DNA of 64,000 nucleotides from an uncultured Chloroflexia bacterium. GTDB taxonomy: Bacteria; Chloroflexota; Limnocylindria; QHBO01. Each line of letters opens with the position of its first letter. The first letter of the stretch is position 1. The notes under the pieces are model-generated. The model was not told the origin of the DNA and ran no database searches. It saw only the letters and a program-made list of their open reading frames with translations. The position numbers and the translations under genes are program-made. The DNA lies in NCBI GenBank assembly GCA_963783725.1, contig CAWAOJ010000002.1, positions 1,684,459 to 1,748,458 of the forward strand, read 5' to 3'. This document shows, one piece after another, positions 28,329 to 37,873 of this stretch.

Positions 28329-28342
28329 AAGCGCCCGCTTAT
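28327..28342. promoter_or_regulatory. palindromic operator candidate ATAAGC-N4-GCTTAT overlapping the -10
   Basis: A perfect 6-4-6 inverted repeat at 28327-28342, immediately upstream of the ArsR-family gene. Confidence 0.45.
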
Positions 28343-28378
28343 ATAAAGCTGCATTTGATAAAGAGGCGCTAGAGCATC

Positions 28379-28732
28379 ATGCCAACCGGCCGCGACAGCG
28401 GCGAGGACCTGCGTCGGCTTCGCACGCTCTACCGGGCGCTCGGGGACGACACCCGTTTGCGGATCATCGCGCTCCTCGCGGAGCTGGGGCCGACGCCGGT
28501 GAACGAGCTCTCGTCGCGCGTCGTCCTTTCGCAGCCGCTCATCAGCTGGCACCTGCGCGTGCTCCGCCTGGCGGGCGTGATCGAGACCGATCGACAGGGT
28601 CGCACGGTGATCTGCCGGCTGCGGCGGGCCGCGTTCGACGAGCTGCACGAGTCGGAGGCGCGGCTGATCTCCGGCACATCGGAGCTCGGCGTGGCACCGC
28701 CGGCCCAGGCGAAGGTCGCCGATGTCGGCTAG
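28379..28732 (+). CDS. ArsR/SmtB-family winged-helix transcriptional regulator
   Basis: LGDDTRLRIIALLAELGPTPVNELSSRVVLSQPLISWHLRVLRLAGVI is a typical ArsR HTH. There is no CXC metal site. Confidence 0.85.
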   Translation: MPTGRDSGEDLRRLRTLYRALGDDTRLRIIALLAELGPTPVNELSSRVVLSQPLISWHLRVLRLAGVIETDRQGRTVICRLRRAAFDELHESEARLISGTSELGVAPPAQAKVADVG

Positions 28733-29438
28733 CCGACCACATGCCCGCGACCTGGGTCGCGGTGCGTCGCTCGTCCCGACCTGGGTCAAGGAGGGAGCAC
28801 GCGCCACGCTGGCGCCGGTCGTGCGGCTGGCCATGGCGCTGCACCTCACCCCGAACACGATCACCGTCATCGGGCTCGTCATCGTGGCCCTCGCCTCCGT
28901 GGTCGTCGCCAGCGGGCAGCTGCTGCTGGCCGCGGTGATCCTGACCGCCGGCTCCCTGCTGGACGCCGTGGACGGAGCGCTGGCGCGGGCCGTCGGCGGC
29001 GGGACGACCTTCGGCGGATTCCTCGACTCAACGCTCGATCGCGCCGGCGAGGCACTGCTCTACGCGGGGATCGCCGCGTATTACCTGCGCTTCATCGCGG
29101 ACCCGACATGGGCCGTGCTGGGCACGTTCGTGGCGCTGTCCGGATCGTTCATGGTCTCCTACACCCGCGCGCGGGCGGAGGGGATCGGCCTGAGCGCGTC
29201 GGTGGGCCTCGCGCCTCGAACGGAACGGCTCGTGCTGGTCATCGCGGGCATCGCCCTCGCCGGGCTGGGCTACGTGACCGCCCTGACGGGCATCATCATC
29301 ATCATCGCGGTGCTCAGCGTGGCCACCGTGATCCAGCGAATCTGGCATGTCCGAGCGCTGGCGGAGGCGCGCGAGCGCGCAACGGCATCGGACCAGGGCA
29401 TGACCGACATCGGGAAGGAGAACCGACAGGGTGGCTGA
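28722..29438 (+). CDS. CDP-alcohol phosphatidyltransferase, probable phosphatidylinositol-phosphate synthase
   Basis: CDP-OH_P_transf motif DAVDGALAR-x8[10 protein letters not shown] in a polytopic protein. It overlaps both arsR and ino1 and is adjacent to ino1 and pimA, as in actinobacterial PI operons. Confidence 0.8.
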   Translation: MSASRPHARDLGRGASLVPTWVKEGARATLAPVVRLAMALHLTPNTITVIGLVIVALASVVVASGQLLLAAVILTAGSLLDAVDGALARAVGGGTTFGGFLDSTLDRAGEALLYAGIAAYYLRFIADPTWAVLGTFVALSGSFMVSYTRARAEGIGLSASVGLAPRTERLVLVIAGIALAGLGYVTALTGIIIIIAVLSVATVIQRIWHVRALAEARERATASDQGMTDIGKENRQGG

Positions 29439-30639
29439 CAGCAACGGCAAGAGCGCCACGAACGGGCGCCGGCCTTCGGACGGCAAGGTGCGAGTCGCGA
29501 TCGTGGGCGTCGGGAACTGCGCGAGCAGCCTGGTCCAGGGCCGCTACTACTACCAGGACGCCAAGGAGACCGACTTCGTCCCCGGGCTGATGCACGTCAA
29601 CCTCGGCGGTTACCACGTGCGTGACATCGAGTTCGTGGCCGCCTTCGACGTGGACGCCGAGAAGGTGGGGAAGGACCTGTCCGAGGCGATCTTCTCGGGA
29701 CAGAACAACACCTACAAGTTCGCTGACGTCCCCGCCACCGGCGTGACGGTCGAGCGCGGCATGACGCTGGACGGCCTGGGTAAGTACCTCTCGGAGGTGA
29801 TCACCAAGGCGCCCGGCCCGACCGCGGACGTCGTCAACATCCTGCGCGACCGCAAGGTCGACGTGATGGTCAGCTACCTGCCCGTCGGCAGCGAGAACGC
29901 GACGAAGTGGTACGTCGAGCAGGCGCTGCAGGCCGGCGTGGCGTTCGTGAACGCCATCCCCGTCTTCATCGGCCGCGAGCCGTACTGGCAGCGGCGCTTC
30001 GCCGACGCGGGCCTCCCCGTCATCGGTGACGACATCAAGAGCCAGGTCGGAGCGACCATCACGCACCGCGTCCTGACGCGGCTGTTCATGGATCGCGGCG
30101 TGCGCATCGACCGCACCTACCAGCTCAACTTCGGCGGCAACACCGACTTCCTGAACATGCTGGAGCGCGAGCGCCTCGAGTCGAAGAAGATCAGCAAGAC
30201 GAACGCGGTGACCAGCATGATGGACTACGAGATCGGCGAGGACGACATCCACGTCGGTCCGTCCGACTACGTGCCCTGGCTCAAGGACCGCAAGTGGTGC
30301 CACATCCGGATGGAGGGCACGACCTACGGAGACGTGCCGCTCAACATGGAGCTCAAGCTCGAGGTCTGGGACTCGCCGAACAGCGCCGGCGTCATCACCG
30401 ATGCCATCCGCTGCGCGAAGCTGGGCCTCGACCGCGGACTGGCCGGCACGCTCGTCGCCCCGTCGAGCTACTTCATGAAGAGCCCGCCGATCCAGATCCA
30501 CGACGACATCGCGCACAACCGCGTCGAAGCGTTCATCAGCGGCGAGGACAACGAGACGCTCGATGGATCGCAGGCGCCGGCCAGGGGTCGCAAGCCCAGG
30601 AAGGTCGCCGCCGGAACCCCTCCGACGCCCGTTGCCTGA
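29431..30639 (+). CDS. ino1: myo-inositol-1-phosphate synthase
   Basis: Colinear with bacterial Ino1 ([56 protein letters not shown]). Confidence 0.9.
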   Translation: MADSNGKSATNGRRPSDGKVRVAIVGVGNCASSLVQGRYYYQDAKETDFVPGLMHVNLGGYHVRDIEFVAAFDVDAEKVGKDLSEAIFSGQNNTYKFADVPATGVTVERGMTLDGLGKYLSEVITKAPGPTADVVNILRDRKVDVMVSYLPVGSENATKWYVEQALQAGVAFVNAIPVFIGREPYWQRRFADAGLPVIGDDIKSQVGATITHRVLTRLFMDRGVRIDRTYQLNFGGNTDFLNMLERERLESKKISKTNAVTSMMDYEIGEDDIHVGPSDYVPWLKDRKWCHIRMEGTTYGDVPLNMELKLEVWDSPNSAGVITDAIRCAKLGLDRGLAGTLVAPSSYFMKSPPIQIHDDIAHNRVEAFISGEDNETLDGSQAPARGRKPRKVAAGTPPTPVA

Positions 30640-31594
30640 GGCACCGAACGAGGGAGAGCGACGCAGGGAGAAGCTCACCTACCGCGCCTACCGCGGCGGT
30701 GAGCTCCTCCTGAGCGCCCTTCCTCGCCGCTTCCTGCTCGCGGCGGCCGCGGCGGCCGGCAACGCCGCCTATGACCTGTCGCCGCACAAGCGGCGCACGG
30801 TGCTGCGCAACGTCTCGCAGGCGATGGGCCTGCCGCAGGACGCGCCGCGCGTGAGGCGTGCGGCGCGGGGCGCCTTCCGCAACTACGCCAAGTACGTGGT
30901 GGACATGATGCGGCTCGGCAGCCTGACCGATGCGGACGTCGAGCGGCTGGTCCACATCGAGAACATCGACATCCTCGACGAGGCGCGCGCCATCGGGCGC
31001 GGCGTGCTGGTCTGCGCCGTCCACGTCGGCGGCATGGACTTCATCGGCCCCGCGCTGCTTCGCAGCGGAGAGAAGATGCACGTCGTCGCCGACGACACGA
31101 CCTACGGGCGCCTGTACGAGCACCTCAAGGCGCAGCGGGCGCGCCATGGACTGCACCTGATCGGCTGGCGCAACCTGCGCGCCCTGTTCCGCGTTCTGCG
31201 CGACGGAGGCTCGCTCGTCCTCTTCTGCGACGGCGGATACCGGCGCGGCGACGTGCCGGTCGAGTTCATGGGCGAGGCGACGACGTTCCCCATCGGTCCG
31301 GCCAGCCTCTCGGCGCGCTCGGGCGCGGCGATCCTGCCCGTCGGCGGCGGCCGCACCGCCGCTGACACCTTCGAGGCGCGCGGACTGCCGCTCATCACCG
31401 CTGCCGGCAGCGAGCCCGCCGAGCTGTACCGAGCGACGCAGGCGCTCGCCGACGCGCTGGGCGGGGTGATATCGGCCGATCCCGCGCAGTGGTACATGTT
31501 CCGGCCCGTCTGGCCGGAGACCGATGCGGAGCGCGAAGAGGCGCGCGGCGCCCTCGCCGCCGCTCGGCGCGGCGAAGACTGGAACGCCCGCTAG
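30563..31594 (+). CDS. lysophospholipid/lipid A-type (LpxL/HtrB, PatA-like) acyltransferase 1
   Basis: Motifs [36 protein letters not shown] and [22 protein letters not shown] 30563 overlaps ino1 by 77 nt and there is no canonical start after the ino1 stop, so the start is uncertain. Confidence 0.7.
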   Translation: MDRRRRPGVASPGRSPPEPLRRPLPEAPNEGERRREKLTYRAYRGGELLLSALPRRFLLAAAAAAGNAAYDLSPHKRRTVLRNVSQAMGLPQDAPRVRRAARGAFRNYAKYVVDMMRLGSLTDADVERLVHIENIDILDEARAIGRGVLVCAVHVGGMDFIGPALLRSGEKMHVVADDTTYGRLYEHLKAQRARHGLHLIGWRNLRALFRVLRDGGSLVLFCDGGYRRGDVPVEFMGEATTFPIGPASLSARSGAAILPVGGGRTAADTFEARGLPLITAAGSEPAELYRATQALADALGGVISADPAQWYMFRPVWPETDAEREEARGALAAARRGEDWNAR

Positions 31595-31598
31595 GCGC

Positions 31599-32480
31599 AT
31601 GGCCGGCCTCCCGCTGCGCATCGCGCTCGAGCTCGCCGACCTGGTCGTGCGGGCCCTGCCCGCATCGGTCGCCTACCCGCTCGCCGACCTGGTCGGGCGT
31701 GCGTGGTACCGCTCGTCGCCCGCGCGACGCGCGCTGGTGACCGCCAACCTGCGACGCGTCAGCCAGGCGACCGGACGTCCCACCTCCGACCGCGCGCTGC
31801 AGGCGCTGGTGCGGCGGGCGTTCGTCGAGCACGCGCGCTACTACCTCGAGCTGCTGCGCGCCCCGCACTATCCGATGACGAGGATCGACCGCATCGTGAG
31901 CGTGCCGCAGTGGGACGAGTTCGAGGCGGCGCTGCGCGCGGGCGCCACCGTGCTGGTGAGCGCGCACGTCGGCAACTTCGAGCCGTTCGCGGCCTTCCTG
32001 GCCTCGAAGGGCTGGCACGCCATCGCGCCGATCGAGGAGATCGAGCCGCGCGAGCTGTACGAGTTCCTCGCCCGGCGGCGCGGCAGCGGCCGCGGCGTCG
32101 AGGTCATTCCCCTGTCGCGCTCGCGGCGTCCGATGCTGAACGCGCTGCGCGCGGGCGGCGTGGTGGGCCTCGTGGCGGACCGCGATCTGAGCGGCAACGG
32201 CCTCCCGGTGGAGCTCTTCGGCGCGACGACGACCATGCCCATCGGCCCGGCGTGGCTCGCCGTCACCACTGGCGCGGCGGTGATCGTCGGCCGCTGCATC
32301 CGCACCGGCAGGGACCGCTTCACCGTGACCGGCGATCGGCTGGCCTGGGAGCCCGGCGGCGAGCGGCGGCGCGAGATCGAGGCGCTCACGCGTCGCATCG
32401 CCTCGCACATGGAGGCCGACATCGCGGCGGCGCCCGCCCAGTGGTTCGGAGCCTTCCAGCCGTTCTGGAGCGAGGCGTGA
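31599..32480 (+). CDS. lysophospholipid/lipid A-type (LpxL/HtrB, PatA-like) acyltransferase 2
   Basis: A paralogue of the preceding gene (TVLVSAHVGNFE, RPMLNALRAGGVVGLVADRD, MPIGPAWLAVTTGAAV). ATG 31599 lies 5 nt after the upstream stop. Confidence 0.75.
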   Translation: MAGLPLRIALELADLVVRALPASVAYPLADLVGRAWYRSSPARRALVTANLRRVSQATGRPTSDRALQALVRRAFVEHARYYLELLRAPHYPMTRIDRIVSVPQWDEFEAALRAGATVLVSAHVGNFEPFAAFLASKGWHAIAPIEEIEPRELYEFLARRRGSGRGVEVIPLSRSRRPMLNALRAGGVVGLVADRDLSGNGLPVELFGATTTMPIGPAWLAVTTGAAVIVGRCIRTGRDRFTVTGDRLAWEPGGERRREIEALTRRIASHMEADIAAAPAQWFGAFQPFWSEA

Positions 32481-33259
32481 CCGCGGGCGTCATCTCCCGC
32501 GGGCGCCGGACTTCCGCTCGTCCACGATCGGGGGCGGATCGCGGCAAGGCCGACATGCATCTTCACAGCCTCTACTCGGACGGCACCGCCACCGTCTCGG
32601 AGATCCTGGACTGGGTCGAGCAGCGCACCGACCTCGACGTCATCGCCATCACCGACCACGAGCGGATCGACGGCGCGCAGCGCGCCCTCGAGCTGCATGC
32701 CGCCGGCAGCTACTCATTCGACCTCGTCGTCGGCGAGGAGATCACCACGCGTCGCGGGCACCTGCTGGCGCTGTTTCTGTCCGAACGCGTCCCGGCGCTG
32801 CGTTCACTGCCCGACACGCTCGAGCGCGTCCATGGGCAGGGCGCCGTCGCGATCGCGGCGCATCCGCTGGGAACGCTCACCCCCAGCATCGGCGAGCGCA
32901 GCCTGCGCGCGGCGGACGCGGACGACGATCCCGCACACCGCCTGCATGCCCTCGAGATGGTCAATCCGAGCGCGGCCGGTCGGGTCCGAACCGACGCGCG
33001 GCGGCGGCTGCAGACCGAGCTGGCGCTGCCCGGCGTCGGCAACTCCGACGCGCACGTCGTCGACGGGATCGGCACGGCCTGGACGTGGTTCCCCGGCCGC
33101 TCCGCGGAGGACTATCTCTCGGCGCTCCTCGAGGGCCGCACCGAGGGTGACGGCGAGTTCTGGAGCAACGCCCACAACGTCGCGGTCTACCGCCGGCAGC
33201 TCGCCGCCAAGCTGCAGCACCTTCGTCATACTCTCCGCCCGACAGGAGAATGGCGATGA
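32477..33259 (+). CDS. PHP-domain metal-dependent phosphoesterase
   Basis: PHP motifs DMHLHSLYSDG, ITDHE, AAHP and GNSDAH. GTG 32477 overlaps the upstream stop (GTGA); the alternative start is ATG 32555. Confidence 0.75.
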   Translation: MTAGVISRGRRTSARPRSGADRGKADMHLHSLYSDGTATVSEILDWVEQRTDLDVIAITDHERIDGAQRALELHAAGSYSFDLVVGEEITTRRGHLLALFLSERVPALRSLPDTLERVHGQGAVAIAAHPLGTLTPSIGERSLRAADADDDPAHRLHALEMVNPSAAGRVRTDARRRLQTELALPGVGNSDAHVVDGIGTAWTWFPGRSAEDYLSALLEGRTEGDGEFWSNAHNVAVYRRQLAAKLQHLRHTLRPTGEWR

Positions 33260-34419
33260 GCGAGGCGAGTGCGACGGCCCCTCTGAAGATCGGGATCGTC
33301 AGCCCGTACGGCTATCCGCACCCCGGCGGCGTGAACGAGCACGTGCGCTTCACCTACGACGCGCTGCGCCGCCTCGGCCACGACGCGTGGATCATCACCA
33401 GCAAGTACGGGAAGGAGCGCGAGAGCGAGGGCCACGTCCTGCGGCTCGGGACGGGGTGGGCCTTTCCGGCCAACGGCAGCATCGGTCGAGTGACGCTCGG
33501 CTGGCGCTTCAAGCAACAGGCTCGCGACGTCCTGGAGGAGCATCGGTTCGACATCCTTCATTTCCACGAGCCGTTCGTCCCGTTCCTGTCGCCCACCGTG
33601 CTCGAGGCGTCGCGCACCGTGAACGTGGCGACCTTCCACGCGTTCGGCGGCTTCAGCCCCTCGTACTGGGTCGGAAGCCGATTCGCGGGCGACCTGGCGT
33701 CGCGGCTGCACGGCCGCATCGCGGTGAGCAGTGCGGCGCGGCACTTCATCAGCCGCTACTTTCCGGGCGAGTACCGCATCATCCCCAACGGCGTCGACAT
33801 AGGGCTGTTCGCCGCAGCCCAGCCGCTCGAGGAGCTGCGCGACGGGACCCTCAACATCCTCTTCGTCGGCCGACTGGAAGAGCGCAAGGGGCTGATCCAT
33901 CTGCTGCGCGCCTACCATCGGCTTCGCAAGCGAAAGGTGGACGCGCGGCTGCTCGTGGTCGGTGCCGGCGCGAAGCTGCGTGAGTACCGTCGCTTCGTTG
34001 GACTGCGCGGGATCCGCGACGTCGAGTTCGTCGGTCGCGTATCGGACGAGCAGAAGGCGCGCTACTTCGCCTCCGCCGACATCTTCTGCGCGCCGGCGAC
34101 CGGCCAGGAGTCGTTCGGCATCGTCCTGCTCGAGGCCATGGCGGCCGGTGTCCCGGTCGTCGCTTCCGACATCCACGGCTACAAGCAGGTGGTGCAGCGC
34201 GGAGTGCAGGGCCTCCTCGTCGAGCCGCGCAACAACCGCGCGCTGGCGGCGGCGCTCTACCGGCTCGCGGGCGACGACGAGCTCAGGCACCGCATGGGAG
34301 AGGCGGGGCGTGCTCGAGCGCCGGAATTCTCGTGGGACCACGTGACCGAGCTGCTCGTGCAGTGCTATCGCGAGGTCCGCGGCGCGGCGCTCGCCTCCGG
34401 GGCCGTCGCCCCTCGCTGA
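33250..34419 (+). CDS. pimA: GT4 phosphatidylinositol alpha-mannosyltransferase-like glycosyltransferase
   Basis: Colinear with mycobacterial PimA over its full length (IGIVSPYGYPHPGGVNEHV, HFHEP, RIAVS, IPNGVD, FVGRLEERKG, ESFGIVLLEAMAAG.PVVASD). Confidence 0.75.
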   Translation: MAMSEASATAPLKIGIVSPYGYPHPGGVNEHVRFTYDALRRLGHDAWIITSKYGKERESEGHVLRLGTGWAFPANGSIGRVTLGWRFKQQARDVLEEHRFDILHFHEPFVPFLSPTVLEASRTVNVATFHAFGGFSPSYWVGSRFAGDLASRLHGRIAVSSAARHFISRYFPGEYRIIPNGVDIGLFAAAQPLEELRDGTLNILFVGRLEERKGLIHLLRAYHRLRKRKVDARLLVVGAGAKLREYRRFVGLRGIRDVEFVGRVSDEQKARYFASADIFCAPATGQESFGIVLLEAMAAGVPVVASDIHGYKQVVQRGVQGLLVEPRNNRALAAALYRLAGDDELRHRMGEAGRARAPEFSWDHVTELLVQCYREVRGAALASGAVAPR

Positions 34420-34695
34420 GGTCGGTCGCCTCGCTGACGTCGGCCCCCGGCCGATTTCGTCCTCCCTCTCGCCGATTGTGCTGATAAGGCGGCGGTAAGG
34501 GAGGCGCGCTACGGTCCCGCGCGTGCACCCGTTCGATCCGCTTCTCCCCACTTCGTTTCGCCCGCTGCCGGCGCGTCGGCGCCCGCTCGGCGTTCCCGCT
34601 CCACGGTAAGCGGGCGGTGCATCGGCCGGTAAGCCAAGGCGGATATGGTCGGTCGGCGCCGATCGAGGCGCGAACCACCAGGGGAGGATCGACCG

Positions 34696-35622
34696 ATGAC
34701 CCATTCACGTCCGATGAGCGTCCTGCTCGCCGCCGCGCTCGTCGTGGCAATGACGACGCCCGTGCTCGCCGCCAGACCGGCCGCGTCGAGCGACCCGACC
34801 ATCGTCGGCGGAGGGCCGGCGCCGGACGAACCGTGGATCCCGCCGACCGAGGAGGAGCAGGCCATCCTCGACGCCAAGCTGGCCATGGCGCATGACATCG
34901 CCGCCGCAACAACGCTCTCCGGCAAAGGCGGCGCGTCTCAGCAGAGCTTCTGCGCCGCTGCCGGGCTCCGGACCGCGGCCACGACGAGCTGCGTGTACGT
35001 GCCGTCCAGCCACGCGCTGCCGACCTATGCGCGACAGCAGGCGACCGATTGGTACTGCGGGCCGGCCACCGCGCAGGTGATCATCAACTACTCGCGCGGC
35101 TACTTCAGCAGCAACGTGTCGGGGACCTCCACCACCACGAACTACCGCACGCAGGCGGCCATCGCCAAGGCGCTGATCTGGTGGAACTCGTCGCTCGGCC
35201 GCTGGGAAAACACGGACACCATCAAGTCCACGAACGCGTACATGCTCAAGGCGGGCCTGAACAGCCTGGCTCGGCTCCCCAGCGGGTTCGGCTACGGCGT
35301 CTGGTATCCCGCGTCCGGCTCGGATTGGCATTCGATGGTCATCACCGATACCTACCAGTGGAAGATGCCGTTCGGCACGCCGGTGAAGATGACATCCAGC
35401 TCGCGGCGGCTTTCCAGCTGGAAGCCACTCTATGGCTCCACCGTCGTGACGCACTGGATCCCGATCCGCGGCTACCGCGGCTTCTGGGACGGCAGCGACA
35501 GCGCGCAGGTCTACTTCAACGACTCCTCGGCGTACCAGGGGGGCGGGACCGGCTCGTACGTCGACTCGAGCCTGAAGGTGTACACGCTGAACCAGTCGCA
35601 CACCAGGCGCGTGGTGTGGTGA
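34696..35622 (+). CDS. secreted papain-like cysteine peptidase (Peptidase_C39_2-like)
   Basis: Signal peptide MSVLLAAALVVAMTTPVLAA. Putative catalytic residues are Cys in WYCGPATAQ, His in THWIPIRGY and Asn/Asp in YFNDS. SD GGGGAGGA lies upstream of ATG 34696. Confidence 0.55.
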   Translation: MTHSRPMSVLLAAALVVAMTTPVLAARPAASSDPTIVGGGPAPDEPWIPPTEEEQAILDAKLAMAHDIAAATTLSGKGGASQQSFCAAAGLRTAATTSCVYVPSSHALPTYARQQATDWYCGPATAQVIINYSRGYFSSNVSGTSTTTNYRTQAAIAKALIWWNSSLGRWENTDTIKSTNAYMLKAGLNSLARLPSGFGYGVWYPASGSDWHSMVITDTYQWKMPFGTPVKMTSSSRRLSSWKPLYGSTVVTHWIPIRGYRGFWDGSDSAQVYFNDSSAYQGGGTGSYVDSSLKVYTLNQSHTRRVVW

Positions 35623-35630
35623 GGCCGGCC

Positions 35631-36836
35631 ATGATGGGAATGCGGGCGAGCGTGGCGATCGGCTGCCTCGCCCTCGCGTCTGCCGGCTGCAGCGCGCCAC
35701 CGGCCCCCACTGCCACCCTGAGGGTGAGCGCGTCGAGCGCCGCGCCGACGCCACGGCGGACGGCGCCCCAGCCGACCTCGGTTCCGACACCGACCATCTC
35801 GAATCTGCGGCTCTCCTACCGGCGCGTGCCGACCGACACCGCTGCGGGCGACATCACCACCGACGGCCGGTGGATCGTCTGGGTGGTCCAGGATGCCAGG
35901 GACAGGCCGCAGATCCAGCGCTGGCGGGAGGGAATGCGAGCGCCGGAGATCGTCTTCACCAGCGCCTATCCGCACGCCGCAATCCAGGCCACGAAGGTCG
36001 CGGGCGATCGGATGGTCTTCACCGAGACGCGGGGTGAGGGCGAGCAGGTGCTGATCTGGACCTTCTGGTACCTGGACGGTCCCGCCTCGGCGGGGCGGAA
36101 GCTGGCGACGGGGCAGGGGCTGCGTGACTTCCCCGCGCTCGCCCCGCAGCCGGCGATGAACGAGCGCTACCTGGTCTATGTCGTCCAGCGCATCGAGAGC
36201 GCCGCGACCTACAGCGACCTGGTGGTGATGGACCTGCGCAGCGGGGCGCGCCGGACCATCGCGTCGTCGCGCTTCGACTCGGTCGAATACTGGTGGCCGT
36301 CCCTGGACGGTTCGCGGCTGGTGTACGGCACGGTCGAATACGACGCGCCACACCAGCACGACCAGCGCCACGTCTACCTGCTCGACCTCGAGCGGCCGTC
36401 GCAGGCGCCGCGCCGGCTCGACAGCGACGGCATCGCGGCCGATCCGGTTCTCCACGGTGAGACCGTCGTCTGGAAGCTGGCTCCGACCGACTTCAACATG
36501 AACAACTGGGGGGACCTCGTGCGGTACTCGATCTCGACCGGCCGGATCGAGCGACTTCGGTTCGCCCCGAGTCCCAACGGCTTCCCGCACAATTACCCAT
36601 CCATCGGGAATCGCTTCGTCGCCGCCGAGCTGTGGGACTCGACCAGCATCAGCGTCTACGACCTGCAGACGGACAGCGAGCTCGTGCTCGAGAAGCACTC
36701 CCGCACCGGTCCGCAGGTCCTGATGCGGCCCTACGTGGCGGGAGATCTGTTCGTGTGGGTCTCGGCGACCGATGCGAGCGGTGAGAAGAGCGAGATCCAC
36801 TTCGTGCGGCTTCCGCCGCCCAACGGACCGGTCTAG
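35631..36836 (+). CDS. lipoprotein with beta-propeller-like repeats
   Basis: Lipobox LALASAGC. Repeated strand motifs (GRWIVWVVQD, ERYLVYVVQ, GSRLVYGTVEY, GETVVWKL, GDLFVWVSA) suggest a TolB/WD40-like propeller. Confidence 0.55.
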   Translation: MMGMRASVAIGCLALASAGCSAPPAPTATLRVSASSAAPTPRRTAPQPTSVPTPTISNLRLSYRRVPTDTAAGDITTDGRWIVWVVQDARDRPQIQRWREGMRAPEIVFTSAYPHAAIQATKVAGDRMVFTETRGEGEQVLIWTFWYLDGPASAGRKLATGQGLRDFPALAPQPAMNERYLVYVVQRIESAATYSDLVVMDLRSGARRTIASSRFDSVEYWWPSLDGSRLVYGTVEYDAPHQHDQRHVYLLDLERPSQAPRRLDSDGIAADPVLHGETVVWKLAPTDFNMNNWGDLVRYSISTGRIERLRFAPSPNGFPHNYPSIGNRFVAAELWDSTSISVYDLQTDSELVLEKHSRTGPQVLMRPYVAGDLFVWVSATDASGEKSEIHFVRLPPPNGPV

Positions 36837-37873
36837 CGGCCGGAGGCGCGTGCCGGCTGCTCGGGACGCGGCGACGGTTCGCCGAACCACGCTCGGCGCA
36901 GGTTGACGTCGCGCGAGGCGACGCGGAAGCCGGCGCGCTCGTAGATCCCCAGCGCGCCGTTCGGGTTCTCGGAATCGACGCCGAGCACGGCGCTCTGCAT
37001 CCCACGCTCTCGCAGCAGGACGAGCGAGCGGGCCACGAGCGCCGAGGCCAGGCCACGCCGGCGCCACGGTCGCCGCACGAAGACCGAGTCGAGCCAGCCG
37101 CGCTGCTCGCCGATCAGCGAGTTCTCGTGCGCGTAGATGGCGTTGGTCACGCCGCCGGCGATCTCGTCGCCGTCCCAGGCCACCACGCACAGCGTGGGAT
37201 CGGTGTCCGGGTCCGCGAGCCACGCCTCGAACGACTCGTCGGAGTCGTCGAATCCGCCCCAGTGATCCCGGAACGCCTCGACGTCGGCGTCCCACACCCG
37301 ACGCAGCATCTCGCGACCCTCGATCGGCCGCAGCTCGAGGCCCTCGGGGAGCGCCGGCACCTCCACGCCCTGCAGATCCGGGCGCACCATCTCGAACGCC
37401 CAGCGCACCGGCGCGTAGCCCCGCCGCAGGAACGCCTCCTTGCGCCATGGCGGCGAGTCGGGGACGAACGTTCCGAGCACGCGCTGCGGGCCGCCGGCCG
37501 CCCCCGTATCGGCCCGGTCCTGTTCTTCGGCAACCGCCGCCGCCCGCGCCTCGAGCGCGTCCATCAGCGGCTCCACCGCGCTGCGCCGCTCGGGGAGGAC
37601 GAAGACGAAGACCCGGTGCTCGCGCAGGCCGTCGCTGGTGTCCACCCAGCCATGGCGCCCATACCCGACCGGGCGACCCTCCTCCTCGGCGACCACGATG
37701 TCGCCGGCCGCGTCGAAATGCGCGCTCGGCCTGGCGTGCCACGCCTCCAGCTGCTCCACGGAGCGGCGGTCGTGCAGGCCGTCCGCCTCGGCGACCGCAT
37801 TGAAGATCGCCGCCAGGTGCGGGATGTCCTCCGGGCCGGCGTAGGGACGGATCTCCAAGCGGGAGGCCGTCAT
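36833..37873 (-). CDS. two-domain GNAT N-acetyltransferase (MshD-like architecture)
   Basis: The C-terminal GNAT core is VVAWDGDEIAGGVTNAI...GWLDSVFVRRPWRRRGLASALV...GALGIYERAGF. The N-terminal half is a second, degenerate GNAT. Confidence 0.75.
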   Translation of the reverse strand: MTASRLEIRPYAGPEDIPHLAAIFNAVAEADGLHDRRSVEQLEAWHARPSAHFDAAGDIVVAEEEGRPVGYGRHGWVDTSDGLREHRVFVFVLPERRSAVEPLMDALEARAAAVAEEQDRADTGAAGGPQRVLGTFVPDSPPWRKEAFLRRGYAPVRWAFEMVRPDLQGVEVPALPEGLELRPIEGREMLRRVWDADVEAFRDHWGGFDDSDESFEAWLADPDTDPTLCVVAWDGDEIAGGVTNAIYAHENSLIGEQRGWLDSVFVRRPWRRRGLASALVARSLVLLRERGMQSAVLGVDSENPNGALGIYERAGFRVASRDVNLRRAWFGEPSPRPEQPARASGR

